From IMG/VR virus record IMGVR_UViG_3300020366_000001, positions 32,001 through 96,000 of that record: a stretch of 64,000 nucleotides of DNA. One strand, written 5' to 3'. The position numbers were made by a program, and so were the translations under genes. This DNA is from a virus. Lineage: Duplodnaviria; Caudoviricetes. Under the pieces are notes generated by a model. The model was not told where the DNA came from. It saw only the letters and a list, made by a program, of their open reading frames with translations, and ran no database searches. This document shows positions 45,388-57,200 of the stretch, one piece after another (position 1 is the stretch's first letter; each line of letters begins with the position of its first letter).

Positions 45388-46368
45388 TTAGGTGATAATA
45401 AACTTACCGTCAGTGCCCACGGTATTTTGAGCACCACCAACACCAGCAGGACCCCTACTAGCATCGGCATTATTACCAGGAGTTTCATTATTTCCTGCTA
45501 ATGTAGACCCAGCGATAATTCTGGTCTGGTCGATGAAGCTTGCGCCACCACCACCACCGTGACCATTTGTATCACCTGAACCACCGCCACCACCTCCGTA
45601 GTAGCCACCACCGCCGCCACCACCAGGATAGATTAGCAGTGAACCTGCTCTACCACCTGTCAATGAACCGCCGTCTAATGCATCAGTAAAACCAGCGAAA
45701 CCTCCCTCAGTTTGGGAACCTCCGCCACCACCTCTTTGATCGAAGAGTTGACCAATTTGTCCATTAAGACCGCCACCAGCACCGCCACGTTGGTCAGCAC
45801 CAGCACCCCCGCCACCAGCTGCAATCAAAAGAGCATTTGATTGAACAGCAGAATTTCTGAAGATACCAGTGTATCCTCCACCACAACCTCCCCAACGTAG
45901 TCCACTATAACCACCTAAAGCACCACCACAGTGACCGCCTTGGGTGACCGAACCTGATGAACGGGGAGCACCACCGCCACCAACACAAATGTAATATTGT
46001 TGCGATGACTCTAGAGTTAGACCACCTGCAGTATATCCAGCACCACCACCAATAGAACCAACTTCCGCTCCTCCTGCACCACCTGCACCCCACATAGTAA
46101 ACTGAACAACAAAAACAGCATCCGCAGAAACAACAGTTTCTAAAAGATACTCACCTTGCTGTAGGGTTAAAGAACCCTGAGTGTCTAAATTGTGGTTGAT
46201 TACAGGATCACCATTTTGAGGGGTGACTCTGATTGTACGTGCTGGTTCAAAGGGGGTTTTACGAATTTTGGAGGTGTCGTAAAATGGACGCAGATGTCCT
46301 TCATCGGTCATATTGTCTAACCGACTTTCGTAATTTTCAGTCTTAAGACTACCGACCCGAAAAGGCAT
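45388..46368 (-). CDS. Glycine-rich virion/fibre protein
   Basis: WGAGGAGG, IAAGGGGAG, GGGGGGYYGGGGG. Confidence 0.8.
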   Translation of the reverse strand: MPFRVGSLKTENYESRLDNMTDEGHLRPFYDTSKIRKTPFEPARTIRVTPQNGDPVINHNLDTQGSLTLQQGEYLLETVVSADAVFVVQFTMWGAGGAGGAEVGSIGGGAGYTAGGLTLESSQQYYICVGGGGAPRSSGSVTQGGHCGGALGGYSGLRWGGCGGGYTGIFRNSAVQSNALLIAAGGGGAGADQRGGAGGGLNGQIGQLFDQRGGGGGSQTEGGFAGFTDALDGGSLTGGRAGSLLIYPGGGGGGGYYGGGGGGSGDTNGHGGGGGASFIDQTRIIAGSTLAGNNETPGNNADASRGPAGVGGAQNTVGTDGKFIIT

Positions 46369-46745
46369 TATGACTCCTTGTCGCCAATTAGAATGATTGT
46401 GACTTTATTGGCAGTATCTGCCAACCCATAGATAGCATCGTTCTCGTCTTCCAGAACGATAGGGTAATTTAGTTCTACGTAGAACGTTTCACCAGAACTC
46501 AGTTCCTGACGAACAAACTGCTGAGGTTTAGTCGCAGCATCGATAGTATCGAGTGCTCCAACATTATCTTCAGCAAGATATAAGTTGACAGTCTCTGTAG
46601 TAGTGTTTCCGTTGAAAACTACAAAACCTTTAAAATAGGTTTTAGTTTGCGCAGGGTTCACATATAATGTACCAGCAGTACCAGCAGGAACGAACATAAT
46701 GTTCTTTCCACCCTGACCTGCAAGTTTTCCTCTTGAAAGTGCCAT
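46368..46745 (-). CDS. Small beta-sandwich-like structural protein
   Basis: In the fibre cluster; CTAAATA at 46764-46770. Confidence 0.75.
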   Translation of the reverse strand: MALSRGKLAGQGGKNIMFVPAGTAGTLYVNPAQTKTYFKGFVVFNGNTTTETVNLYLAEDNVGALDTIDAATKPQQFVRQELSSGETFYVELNYPIVLEDENDAIYGLADTANKVTIILIGDKES

Positions 46746-46766
46746 TGAATTAGACCTCCGTGGTAT

Positions 46767-48140
46767 TTAGCTAAACAACCAGATGTCCCGCATTTCATTG
46801 CGGTCACTGAATTCCATATTTACGGTTCCATCGATATTGCTGCTAGCAACCACAAGGTTGTAACCAATATCAGCAACTTGGGTAGCAGGGAAAATAACGT
46901 TACCAAGACGAATCCTATGAGGTACAGTACCGTTAGGATTGACTTGAATATTAACCCCGTTAATAGATGCATTATTTAGAGTGGGGGTTTCTAATGTTCC
47001 ACTAGAAGCATCTGCTTTTAAGGAGATGCTGTTATTGATGGTAGTTGCAAAGTTAGGGTCATCCCCCAACGCTGTACTTAATTCTTGTAATGTATCAAGT
47101 GCAGCTGGTGCCGACCCAATGAGATCAGCAACCTCTTGACGAACAAAAGCTGTAGTAGCAATTGTAGTGTTGTTGGTGTTTAGGGACTGAGTAACACCAG
47201 TGGAATTACTTGCAATATTAACAGTAGTTCTATTAGATAGACTACCAATAGAATTTTCAGTGGTAATATATCCCTGAGTTGCCACCAGGATATCAGTAGT
47301 AGTCCCACCTGGGTCGTCAGCAAAAATGTGGAAGTCATTGCCATTCTGAATTAACCTTGTTTTGCCACCAGTGTCTGATGACTCAAGGGTAATAGTTGGC
47401 AGAGTTTGTGCTTTTACTCTAAGACAATTGCTAGTGCTAGAAGCACCGTCGATGTCAATCTTAAAACTAGGAGAGAAATTACCGACGCCAATAGCACCGT
47501 AACAATCAATGTCTCTGACATTTATATCGTCTGTTTGTAGTAATTCGACAGCACCAGATCTTCCATAGAAAGAACTAACAGCGCTGGTGGGTCCAACTAA
47601 TGACGAAGAGAATCCGATATGAGTAACTTCGATATTAGATCCGATGTTAGGAGCTTCATCAAATCTAATAATTAAATTCTGACTAATGAGAGTGTATGAT
47701 GCTTTATGCTGCACCAGACCATCAATAGTAACAAGAATTGCGTGAATATTTGGTGGTGCCTTGGACATCGTAAAGTCCGTTGTCACACCATCTGCAGTAA
47801 AAGTCTCAGAGAAAATCTCTGAGCGATCCATATTATTTACAACAGAATTGTTTACTTGACCGAAGAAAACATCACCTGTAGAAGGTGCTTCGGAGAAGTA
47901 AATACGGTCACCTTGAATCCAGAAAGATCCTGGTCCAGAAACCGAGCTAGCAGTATTGGGTTGCTGATAAACGCCATTCAAACTGACGTTTAACTGCATC
48001 GAACTATTGACAGTTACAACGTCATTGTTCGTTGTGCGCAGTGCAAAGTTTGTAGCAACTCCATTAAACTGACTAGAGATATCTTGGAGCTCTTGGACTT
48101 TGAATACGTACGCCTCTGGATTTAGTCCAAGGTATGCCAT
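46767..48140 (-). CDS. Tail fibre-like protein
   Basis: MAYLGLNP, LQDISSQFNG, VSSFYGRSGAV, TIATTAFV...APAALDTLQELSTALGDDPNFATTI (classic fibre motif). Confidence 0.85.
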   Translation of the reverse strand: MAYLGLNPEAYVFKVQELQDISSQFNGVATNFALRTTNNDVVTVNSSMQLNVSLNGVYQQPNTASSVSGPGSFWIQGDRIYFSEAPSTGDVFFGQVNNSVVNNMDRSEIFSETFTADGVTTDFTMSKAPPNIHAILVTIDGLVQHKASYTLISQNLIIRFDEAPNIGSNIEVTHIGFSSSLVGPTSAVSSFYGRSGAVELLQTDDINVRDIDCYGAIGVGNFSPSFKIDIDGASSTSNCLRVKAQTLPTITLESSDTGGKTRLIQNGNDFHIFADDPGGTTTDILVATQGYITTENSIGSLSNRTTVNIASNSTGVTQSLNTNNTTIATTAFVRQEVADLIGSAPAALDTLQELSTALGDDPNFATTINNSISLKADASSGTLETPTLNNASINGVNIQVNPNGTVPHRIRLGNVIFPATQVADIGYNLVVASSNIDGTVNMEFSDRNEMRDIWLFS

Positions 48141-48784
48141 TAGATTGAAACCTCCATAATGCTCAAGATACAATCCAGAGCAGATGTTGTGTCACACTTA
48201 ACTAGGATTTCATCTCCTAAACCAACATCAACTTTTGTAAGTGAGTCTCCACTAGTGTGAGTCGTGGATGTAGAGTTTGCTTGCCCTCTGTCTACGTTCA
48301 GGGTAGTATTGTTTGCACCTGTAACAGAAGTGATTTTCAGAATTTCATTATTGATTCTGATAAAATCATTTTGCACAAACTTAGGACCAGTATTATCAGT
48401 AATAGTGATACTAACAATACTAGCAGAAGTAATATTTGCTGCTAATGTATCCGTTACCGATGGAGTAGATGGACGGTATGCATCTTCATTATATTCTAAG
48501 ATAATCTTTTGTCCCTGCATAACTTCAAATGCAGATCCAGCTGGAATCGGGACATTCTTGACGATCATCACATCGTCTTTAGGATACTGAGGATCAACCG
48601 AAAAAGCAGGATACCTATTGACTGACACTTCAGCAATGACAGCAGTTTGTGTCGTATTTGCTAAGTTGCAACCAATAATAACAGTTTGCTTTTCGGTCTC
48701 GGTACCGCGAAGTTCTACCGTATAGATAGCTTCTGCGGAAGTTCCTACACCGTTTTTAGAAGTTGAGATAAATTTGTTTGCCAT
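48140..48784 (-). CDS. Structural protein with an inserted beta module
   Basis: MANKF...VIIGCNLAN...IVKNVPIPAGS...LDCILSIMEV. Confidence 0.8.
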   Translation of the reverse strand: MANKFISTSKNGVGTSAEAIYTVELRGTETEKQTVIIGCNLANTTQTAVIAEVSVNRYPAFSVDPQYPKDDVMIVKNVPIPAGSAFEVMQGQKIILEYNEDAYRPSTPSVTDTLAANITSASIVSITITDNTGPKFVQNDFIRINNEILKITSVTGANNTTLNVDRGQANSTSTTHTSGDSLTKVDVGLGDEILVKCDTTSALDCILSIMEVSI

Positions 48785-48790
48785 TTTTTA

Positions 48791-49444
48791 TTAACCCAGT
48801 GCGATAGCGAGTGCGGTAGCATCAAGACCTGCTTCCACAGACACACCAACCTGTGCAGCAAGGGTGTTCACCTCAGCTTGCAATTCGTTAATAGCATTAA
48901 CAAGGTTTGCTTTGTTCTGTGTAGTGAGGTTCAAAAGGTTACCGATGGTAACATCACGAATCTCATTAATAGCAGCAACGATACTAGACTTGGAAGTTGT
49001 AGTAAGTTGAGAAAGAACACCAATAATGATGTCTTTAGTCTCATTCAAAGCGGCAACTAAACTTGTGTGATCTGCAATATTTGCAGACAAGTTGCCAAGG
49101 TTGCCAACATCGCTATCTAATTCATTGATAGCATTAACGATACTGGTACTATCGGCAGTAGTTAATTGATCCAGATCTTTAATAATGGTATCGACAATAT
49201 AGTTGATTGCCTCAACTACGTTATCTTTATCATTAGCGGGAATTTCGCTAGTGATACTAGCAATAGGACCCAATTCAGTATCTAATTCCAGCAGGCAATC
49301 AGTAATCGTTTGGGCAACTAAATTATTTGCAATGTTTTGTGCAACAATTTTCCCACTAAAGTCACCAGCATCCGCACCGATCTCATTGATCTCGACACGT
49401 TGCTGCTCAAATGTAAATTGCTTAGTTACGTTCCTGGTTGCCAT
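48791..49444 (-). CDS. Fibre protein with LTT..K..(I/L)V.AINE repeats
   Basis: N-terminal TFEQQRVEINEI, five repeats, C-terminal ATALAIALG; TATAAATA at 49473-49480. Confidence 0.82.
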   Translation of the reverse strand: MATRNVTKQFTFEQQRVEINEIGADAGDFSGKIVAQNIANNLVAQTITDCLLELDTELGPIASITSEIPANDKDNVVEAINYIVDTIIKDLDQLTTADSTSIVNAINELDSDVGNLGNLSANIADHTSLVAALNETKDIIIGVLSQLTTTSKSSIVAAINEIRDVTIGNLLNLTTQNKANLVNAINELQAEVNTLAAQVGVSVEAGLDATALAIALG

Positions 49445-49480
49445 TCCATTTACGGCGTTGTTTGCTAGAACTTATTTATA

Positions 49481-51022
49481 TCAGGAGGTGATGAGGGATC
49501 TGTAGTACTTGACAGTATTTACAGCGTATGTAGGAGTAAAGACAACCTCAATGTTGGCACCATTATACTGAGCAGTAATAGTACCCAGAGCACCCTGAGC
49601 AATACCACCAGAAGTCATAGTGGCATACTCTTCAATGAAGATGTCAGTGCCATCGTGCATAATCAGAACTTCTTTAGTCTGAACATACACACCAGACACA
49701 ACCTGAACAACATATTTTCCGCTATAGTATGAAGCGGAATCGAAACTATCAATGACCGCTGCTTGAATTTGTGCAGTGGTCACAGTTCCTGCATCTTGAC
49801 CGTGGATATTTTTAATAGTAATCAATGAATCGGATTGATCGTTGTAACGAATTTTCTCGTCACCACCTAAACAAAGACCCATCTGATCAGATGCAGGAAG
49901 ATAGAAACCATTGTCCTGATCTGCGAAGAATGAAATACCAGGGATGGATTCTGTACCGTTACCTGCACCAGTAAAACCAGACAGGTTAGTCAGTCCGTTA
50001 CCATCACCAATAAATGCAGTTGCTCCAACTGTGCCATTAACTTGCAAAATCTGAGCAAGAGCGTTGTTTGGATCTTGCCCAATACCGATTTTATTGTTAG
50101 TAGCATCCAGTTTGAACAGAGCAACATTAGAACCAACTGGTTCCATTGTCACTACAGCACCGTCAAAAGTTACTGAAGAATTAGCCCCAGAAACGCTGAT
50201 GGTGTTTGCCTCAAGGTCTGCCAGCAGAACACCAGTATCATAAGTAAGGTCGCCACTAGTAGAACCAGTGAAAGTACCTGTTCCCAGTGCAAACTTGTCT
50301 TCGGATTCGTCATAACCAATAAACGCATTATCGCTAGTACCACGTTCGATAACAATACCAGCATCACCTGCGGGAGTACCAACAACACCGTTACCAAGTT
50401 CAATCAGTTTATCACCGACAACAGTGTTGGTGGTAGAAACGGTAGTGGTAGAACCAAGAACAGATAATGCACCGTTGATGATAACGTTATTGGCAACCTC
50501 AAGATCTTCGGTAGGTGCACCAACACCAATACCAACTTTACCTTGACCAGTGATAACAATAGCATCTACTAGACTATTAGCAGACGATCCAGATGTACCG
50601 CTAGCAGGAGCAGTTTTTAATTTAATCTGACCACCAGTTGCAGCACCAGTACCAGCACCACCAGCAATGATCAAATCAGAACCAGAAACATCAGTTCCTG
50701 ATGCATCAGCACGGGAGACTTTACCAGTAACGTTGAGAGAAGTAGCAACACTAACAGCATAGAAATTGAATGTTGCTGAAGTGTCAATTTTTGTAGGAGT
50801 AATAGCTCCTGTGCGAATAACTGCCGCACTAATTGCTTCTAGTCCGCCAGTCGTAGATAGTTTTTCGGTTGTGATGGAGTTGTCTGCTAACTTTAGGGTG
50901 GTAACAGCGCCATTCCTGATAGTTGCTGTAGTTACCGCCTGGGTGCCTACACCGCTATCGAGTTTGGCGTCACTGACCAGCCCATCATTTAAACCAGTTC
51001 TCCTGACTCGTGTAAGCGCCAT
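49481..51022 (-). CDS. Tail fibre-like protein
   Basis: AVTT.KLAD.SIT repeats, GKVGIG, DAGIVIERG, C-terminal SGKYVVQ...EVLIMHDGT; TATAAATA at 51047-51054. Confidence 0.82.
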   Translation of the reverse strand: MALTRVRRTGLNDGLVSDAKLDSGVGTQAVTTATIRNGAVTTLKLADNSITTEKLSTTGGLEAISAAVIRTGAITPTKIDTSATFNFYAVSVATSLNVTGKVSRADASGTDVSGSDLIIAGGAGTGAATGGQIKLKTAPASGTSGSSANSLVDAIVITGQGKVGIGVGAPTEDLEVANNVIINGALSVLGSTTTVSTTNTVVGDKLIELGNGVVGTPAGDAGIVIERGTSDNAFIGYDESEDKFALGTGTFTGSTSGDLTYDTGVLLADLEANTISVSGANSSVTFDGAVVTMEPVGSNVALFKLDATNNKIGIGQDPNNALAQILQVNGTVGATAFIGDGNGLTNLSGFTGAGNGTESIPGISFFADQDNGFYLPASDQMGLCLGGDEKIRYNDQSDSLITIKNIHGQDAGTVTTAQIQAAVIDSFDSASYYSGKYVVQVVSGVYVQTKEVLIMHDGTDIFIEEYATMTSGGIAQGALGTITAQYNGANIEVVFTPTYAVNTVKYYRSLITS

Positions 51023-51049
51023 TGTTTAAACAGTTTCCTATGTGAGTAT

Positions 51050-51274
51050 TTATAGTTTAGAAACTAAGTCTTTAAGTAATGACTTAATCTCCGAAATTTC
51101 ATCTTGTAATCTTTTAATATCCTCAGTATTGTTAATACTGCGAACAGCTGCTTCCTTCTGACGAAGGTAAGCATCATATGCTTCTTTATTTGTATTCACG
51201 ATGGCACCTGTAGTGCCATCCTTCTTAAGATTTTGGTGACCTGTGACTCTATAGTCACTATTTTTAGCCCACAT
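51050..51274 (-). CDS. Small coiled-coil protein following the VrlC-like gene
   Basis: VTGHQNLKKD..TGAIVN...ISEIKSLL. Confidence 0.75.
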   Translation of the reverse strand: MWAKNSDYRVTGHQNLKKDGTTGAIVNTNKEAYDAYLRQKEAAVRSINNTEDIKRLQDEISEIKSLLKDLVSKL

Positions 51275-51284
51275 TTCAAGTATA

Positions 51285-54200
51285 TTAAATGGTTGCAATA
51301 GCGCGAATGTCTCTGATTCTAGGAGGCATCGCAGGATTGCGTGATCTCATAACGATCTTGATTGCAAAGGAACTAAACTCATTCAGATTGTCAACTGTGA
51401 ATGAATACTCCTTAAAGTCTGAGGAATCTTCGGTTGTGGGAGAGAAGTTAGTTCCTGTAGTAGGAGTAACAACCACATCGGATTCGCCATACTCATTGAA
51501 GTAATTCCAGTTGATTTCACTGAAGAAGATCTGCTGCGATGCTCTCTTGATTTTGTACATAACAGCAATGTCGTCAATTTCCTGCAGGGCAGCAGCAATC
51601 TTGACCGAAATACCGTTACCAGGATTATCGAGAGAAATTTCTTTAGTAACATACGTAGCGATGTTACTAGCATTCTTCAATCTATCGGGAGTATAAAGAA
51701 CTCCATATGAATCATAGACTGCCTTGATCTGCATCGGAACTTTATAAGATTCGTTAGTCAGATCGAAACCAGATTGATAAGCACCACCTGCAACAGCACC
51801 AGCGCCAATCACATCTCCAACATTAAAAGATGATGCATTAGATGTGAGTAGCATTCTGTAGTTTTCTTGATTCCAGCGAGTAACTTGACCCGTCTTAGTA
51901 TCAAGGTTGTTAGCGAGATTATCGCCACTAGTAATATCAAATTGTGCGAGAGAAAGAGTTCCAGAAACCTTGAGCGGTAAAGTTAAACCAGCTGCATTTC
52001 CAGTACCAGCACCAGATCCATTAAAGTCATCATTGTATGTAGAAGAACCACTGAATACGGGTTCTTCACCAATAAGGAAACCGTCACCTTCAATAATTCT
52101 CACATACAATTTACCAGTGCTAGCACCAGCATCCCAGAAAGAAATAACACCTTTCGTCTTAGATGTTTTACCAGTAACTACTTGCCCAATACCACCAGTT
52201 GCTTCCAGAGCAATAGTATTACCAATAGCAACAGGAGAAGCGTTACTATCGGTGAAGTTCAGGACTACAGTCTTATAAAGTTCAACTTCCTGTGTCAACT
52301 TACCATATCTCGGTTCGTCACCCTTAGCAGACTCAACTCTGTTAGTAGTAAGAATTGCCTTAGGATTCTTAATGTTGATGATTGGAGAAAGGTTTGCATT
52401 CGTAGTAGACAATGTAGCAGCAATATTCATACTGCTGTTATTGTTCATACGTGTTGCAAACATCTTTTCATTCAACTTAGAAGCAACTACCCTTTGTGTC
52501 GGGAAGAAGTATTCTTTGTTGAAGATAATATCAACAGGAACTTCAGGAGTGTAGTCAACAACATTATCTCTAGCATCCACTGCCTTAATGGCAGTTGTGG
52601 TGATCTGGGTCTCCAGACTAGTGTCGGCAAAATCTAGAGAATCAACTTTGATGTTTGCTTTCTCGTATTTGATTTGACCTAATGCTTTTCCGTTATATCC
52701 ACCGCCAATGGTAGTACCACCAGCATTAGTAGACATCGCAACGGTATAGAAGTCAATACCAACATCAATAACTGGGAGAATTTGACGGTTGAGTGCGCCA
52801 ATTGCATAACCACCAACGGAAGCAACATCCTTCAGAGCAACAAAAGAACCAGGATTCAAACCGTGATTCTTATGACTAATCTTGACAATCTTCTGGTTTG
52901 CACCATACAGATTGCTAGTAGTTGAATTAGAACCTTCTGAATTAGTTTGAATTGGATTGCTCTGAAGTTTGCCATAACCCATATCGGTGTTGATAAGGTT
53001 GATGACACCAGTCTTATTAGCAGTAAACTGTGCCTGATAAAGATCAAACTTAAGATCTTCATACTGGTTTGCAGTCCAAAGATCAGAGTTTTGAGACTTA
53101 AACAGAGAACCAATCAGAGGTTGAGTTGTTACCGTAGAGTTGGAATTGATTTCAGTCTCACCAAGTTTTGAAACGAAAGTCTTATACTTGGTGCTGTTGG
53201 TTTCAATAACCAAAGCATACTCTCTATCATTTTCCAGATATACGGGATATTGGAAATTAAACTTGGTAGGAATAAGTGCCTTAGCGTTAGTAGCAGCACC
53301 CATTCTTACTGCAGGTTTTGTGTACTTGACGACTGCAGTAGCATTTGCCAACTGCGTTGCACCTGTACCTGTGATAAGAACAGCAGGAGCAGTAGTGTAC
53401 TCGCTACCACCCAAAGAAGGTAGAATTTCGTAAACTTTGGTATCTGTAATTTGAGGTGCTGCAGTTGCGGTAACACCACCAGGAAGTTGAGGAGACTCGA
53501 TAGTAACAGTAGTAGAACCAGGATAACCATCGCCTAAGTCATTCATTACAATATGGGACACATAACCAGAGTCAAGAACAATATTCATCTTGACAATACT
53601 GTCACCAGAACGTGCATTGTTAGCAACAGTCAGTGAAGTAATAACAAGAGGTTCACCAGCAATAAAGGTTTCTTTATTGTGATCACCCAACATTAAAGTA
53701 TAGACTTGGTTAGTAGCAAGTGTAAACTCGTTATTAACAGCAGCAACAGGAGTGTTCTGCGAATCCAAAACTCCAATAAGGGGTCCTTGTGCGTTTGAAG
53801 TGTCTCCTTCAATGATCTCATCTTTTTTGAGATTATGTTCACCACTAGTAATAACGCGAAGATAGGTGATAGGATCAACAACAACGGTAGAACCAGGAAT
53901 AATATTCTTAGTAGGTCTTCCAGCAATAGTGTCAGTGACCTTAACCGTAATTGGAAGTTTCGCATCCTTTTCTGAGAAGTAAAGATCTAAGGAAGAAAGG
54001 AAGATACCACCATCAAAACTTTCGACTCTGAACGTTTGTGCCAAAGGATCGGCAACTGCTACATCAGGGTTAAGGATGTTTTCAGTATGCTGAATACCAT
54101 CAGTTTTGTCTTCCGAATCAACATCTTCGGTAGCAATAATATCATTTGGTGCTTCTTTCTTGATAGCACTTACTTTGAATGTTTTAGTTGCAACTGACTC

Positions 54201-57200
54201 AGCATCTTTGCCATTATTTTTATCACTGGTGAAAGTAATTTTCTTATCACCAACAGTAAAACGGAGACCTTTCTCTGTGTCAAATGTCAGATCATCGATT
54301 ACTTCTTCGTAACCAGTTCCTTTGGTTGGTCTTCTGCCACCAGGGAACAGAAGAATGCCAGTAGCATTACCACTATCGTCGGTAATTAAATCATCGCCAA
54401 AGTTACGAAGTGAAGAACCAACTTCACCTGAGTAAGAACGATCAGGGACAAAGTAATTTTGTGCTGCTTGTCCATCGATGAAAACATACAATTTTGTATC
54501 TGGTTTCATCCTACGAATATGGATATTCAGATACTGCTCTTTAGCATACAGAGTCATCGAAGTGGAAACTGTCTTTCCATTCTTAGTAGTGCTAGTTTCT
54601 CCGACAGCAACCTCGGAATTTTGAGATGCAATGTTAGAAGAACTAGTAGTAGAAGCACCAGTGACTTCAGACTCAGAATTATTAGGAGCGTCAGAACTCA
54701 GTGAACTAGTATTAGAGAACTCAGTCTCATTACCAGTGGCAGCTGTCTTACTAATATCGTGGATTTGAGACATTGCTTTGTCTCCATCCTCAGAGTTGAC
54801 TTCCAGAGTATCTAAAGTCTGGTTATCATTATTGTTGACAGCAGGTGTTTGATCTTCGTCATACCAGCAATCATAATTAGGAGAAATAGTTGCTTCGCCT
54901 TTATACTTAAAGACAAGGAATGGATTAACTGCAACTGTTTCTGTTGCAAAAGTATTTTGAGCAAATACTTTCTCGGTATATGGTAAGGTAACCATACCGT
55001 GATTTACAACATAATTAGAAAGTGCACGTGCAGTAGGAGAAGGATCCTTCTCTACCAACTCAATCGTAGTTTCTTTTGACTCAGGACGTAAGGTACCACG
55101 AGTCAAGTCAAGTGCTGCTTTAAAGTCAACTGATTGTAAGTTGGAAAGAGCAAAATTTTCAAAATTGTCAACAACAAAACCAGACTTAAATTTCTCAATA
55201 CCAGTCAGACTATCTTTGATCTGGGTGTTAAGAGCAGACTGTTCCAGAACAGAAAGCATTGTGTATCTTTCAAGTCTCTCAATTCTGGTTTGTAATTTAC
55301 CAATATCGCGCATAGTAAAGCGCTTATTCTCAACTGGATAGACCTTAACCTTCTTGAGGTTATCGGTATATGCAGGAATATACAGTTTGTATACCTTCAG
55401 TGCCTCATCAGAACTTTGTGCAGACTGAGGATCATTGGAACCAGCACCTTTCTTGACAAAGAAAGTGCCATCTTTCTTCAGGTAAACAATATCGATACGA
55501 TCGACATAGTAACTATAAGTACACTCAAATGTGTAAGGGAGTGATGATGCAGCTGCTTCTGCAGGTAATGCTGCGGAAACACCACCAGCAGTGAAGACTT
55601 CAGACACATTAGAGTTAGTGTCCATCACACTGGCATTCAAATAACCAGGAATGCTGGCAGAAGTACCAACTAAAGGACGGAAATCAACTACATCACCAAG
55701 ACTCTTTTTGCCATAAACAAGTGAAGTAAATTGAGGAATTTCGTCAAACGTAACACCTGCTTCGTGCAGATAGGAATCAACAGTAAAGAAGTCACCCTCA
55801 GAATGGGAGAAGTGATCAAAACCAATAACTAAAGTTCCTTGGGGAGTTGCAAATCCTGGTTTTCTGACAATCGATGCAGTGTCGTAGAGATTGTCTCTTT
55901 GTCCATCGTCAAACAGGAAATGATCAGTGATATTAGTTCCAGTGTCTCCCAGGATGTTTCCATTTTCGTCCACTGTTGGTGCGATTCCAGGAGCACCTTC
56001 GTAAATATAGCGTAATTTATAAACGTCTGAGAAAGACTTAACTTGACCTGTAGGATTATCGTAGTCATCACCTCTTAACGGAATAATTTCGTTATCAATA
56101 TCACCAGTAAGAGAAATGCGCTTGTTTTTGACTGCAGTCTTAAGTTTTGGTTTTGCCTTACTAGTTTTGATAGTAACGCTCAACTTAAGTTTCAGATCTG
56201 ACAAGTTCAAACTTCCAGACTGAACGAAATAATCTTCGGGAAGAACAATACTAATAGCACCAGCATTGTTAGTGGATGCAGAATTCTGAATCTGCACCAT
56301 AGATTCATCAATGTATAGGAGATCGCCATCTTTCACAATCTCGCCAGTAGCACTACCATATCTCGTGGTAGTTGCACCAGAACTATAAACTTCTAAGATA
56401 TAGTCTTGTCTATTGAATGGAGCAAACTCCTGCTGACCAAAATCTAAGTTTGCACTGAAGGTAACTGTGTTATCAGTACCACTAACTGTCACATTCTCAA
56501 TAAACTGTCTTCTAGCGTAATATTTAATTCCGCTATCATCGTCTTCCTTGACTACTGATTTGATTTTGGAGTTGGGCAGAGGAAGAATGAGACTGGACTT
56601 ACCAGCATTCTCAATGAGAGCATTAATCTTAGACAGCGTATTGGAAAGGAATCCAACAATCAAACGTTGCTTCAGATAAATTCTACCAGTTCTAGAGGTA
56701 GTAGGATTGCACGCTTTATAAACCTCATACTTATAAGTCTTACCATCAGCAGTAATCTGAATGAGATCGTCTTCTTTCAGTTCATCTGCTGGACGTGCGG
56801 AATAGTTAGTTGCCTCAACATAATCAGCATCAGTCTTACCAGAATATGCAAGACCATTACTCAAAGTCTTGTAACTGGCATATTGAGTATCTGCATACTG
56901 AACATCAGCGGTAAATGTCTTATTCAGATTACCGTGCTGCATACCAATGGAACGCAGATCCTCTGTACCAAAATTCTGAATAGTATTGGTGAAAAGAACT
57001 GCTCTAACATAAGCATCAGGATCATTAGAACTGTGCACACCACCATCATCAACCACCTCACAATCTGGAGGAGATTCATAGAGTTCAATGAGTTCTCTTC
57101 TGCCAAGTTCTGTTAATTGAACTTTGTGGATATAAGCATTCTGCTCATTAATACCAATATTGGAAGTGCCTTCTTTTGACACAACCACATAGTTAGACTG

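Noticed and set aside
45530-46095. ccaccaccg-type repeats as a DNA repeat array or CRISPR
   Set aside because: These are glycine codons of a Gly-rich protein, with no repeat-spacer periodicity.
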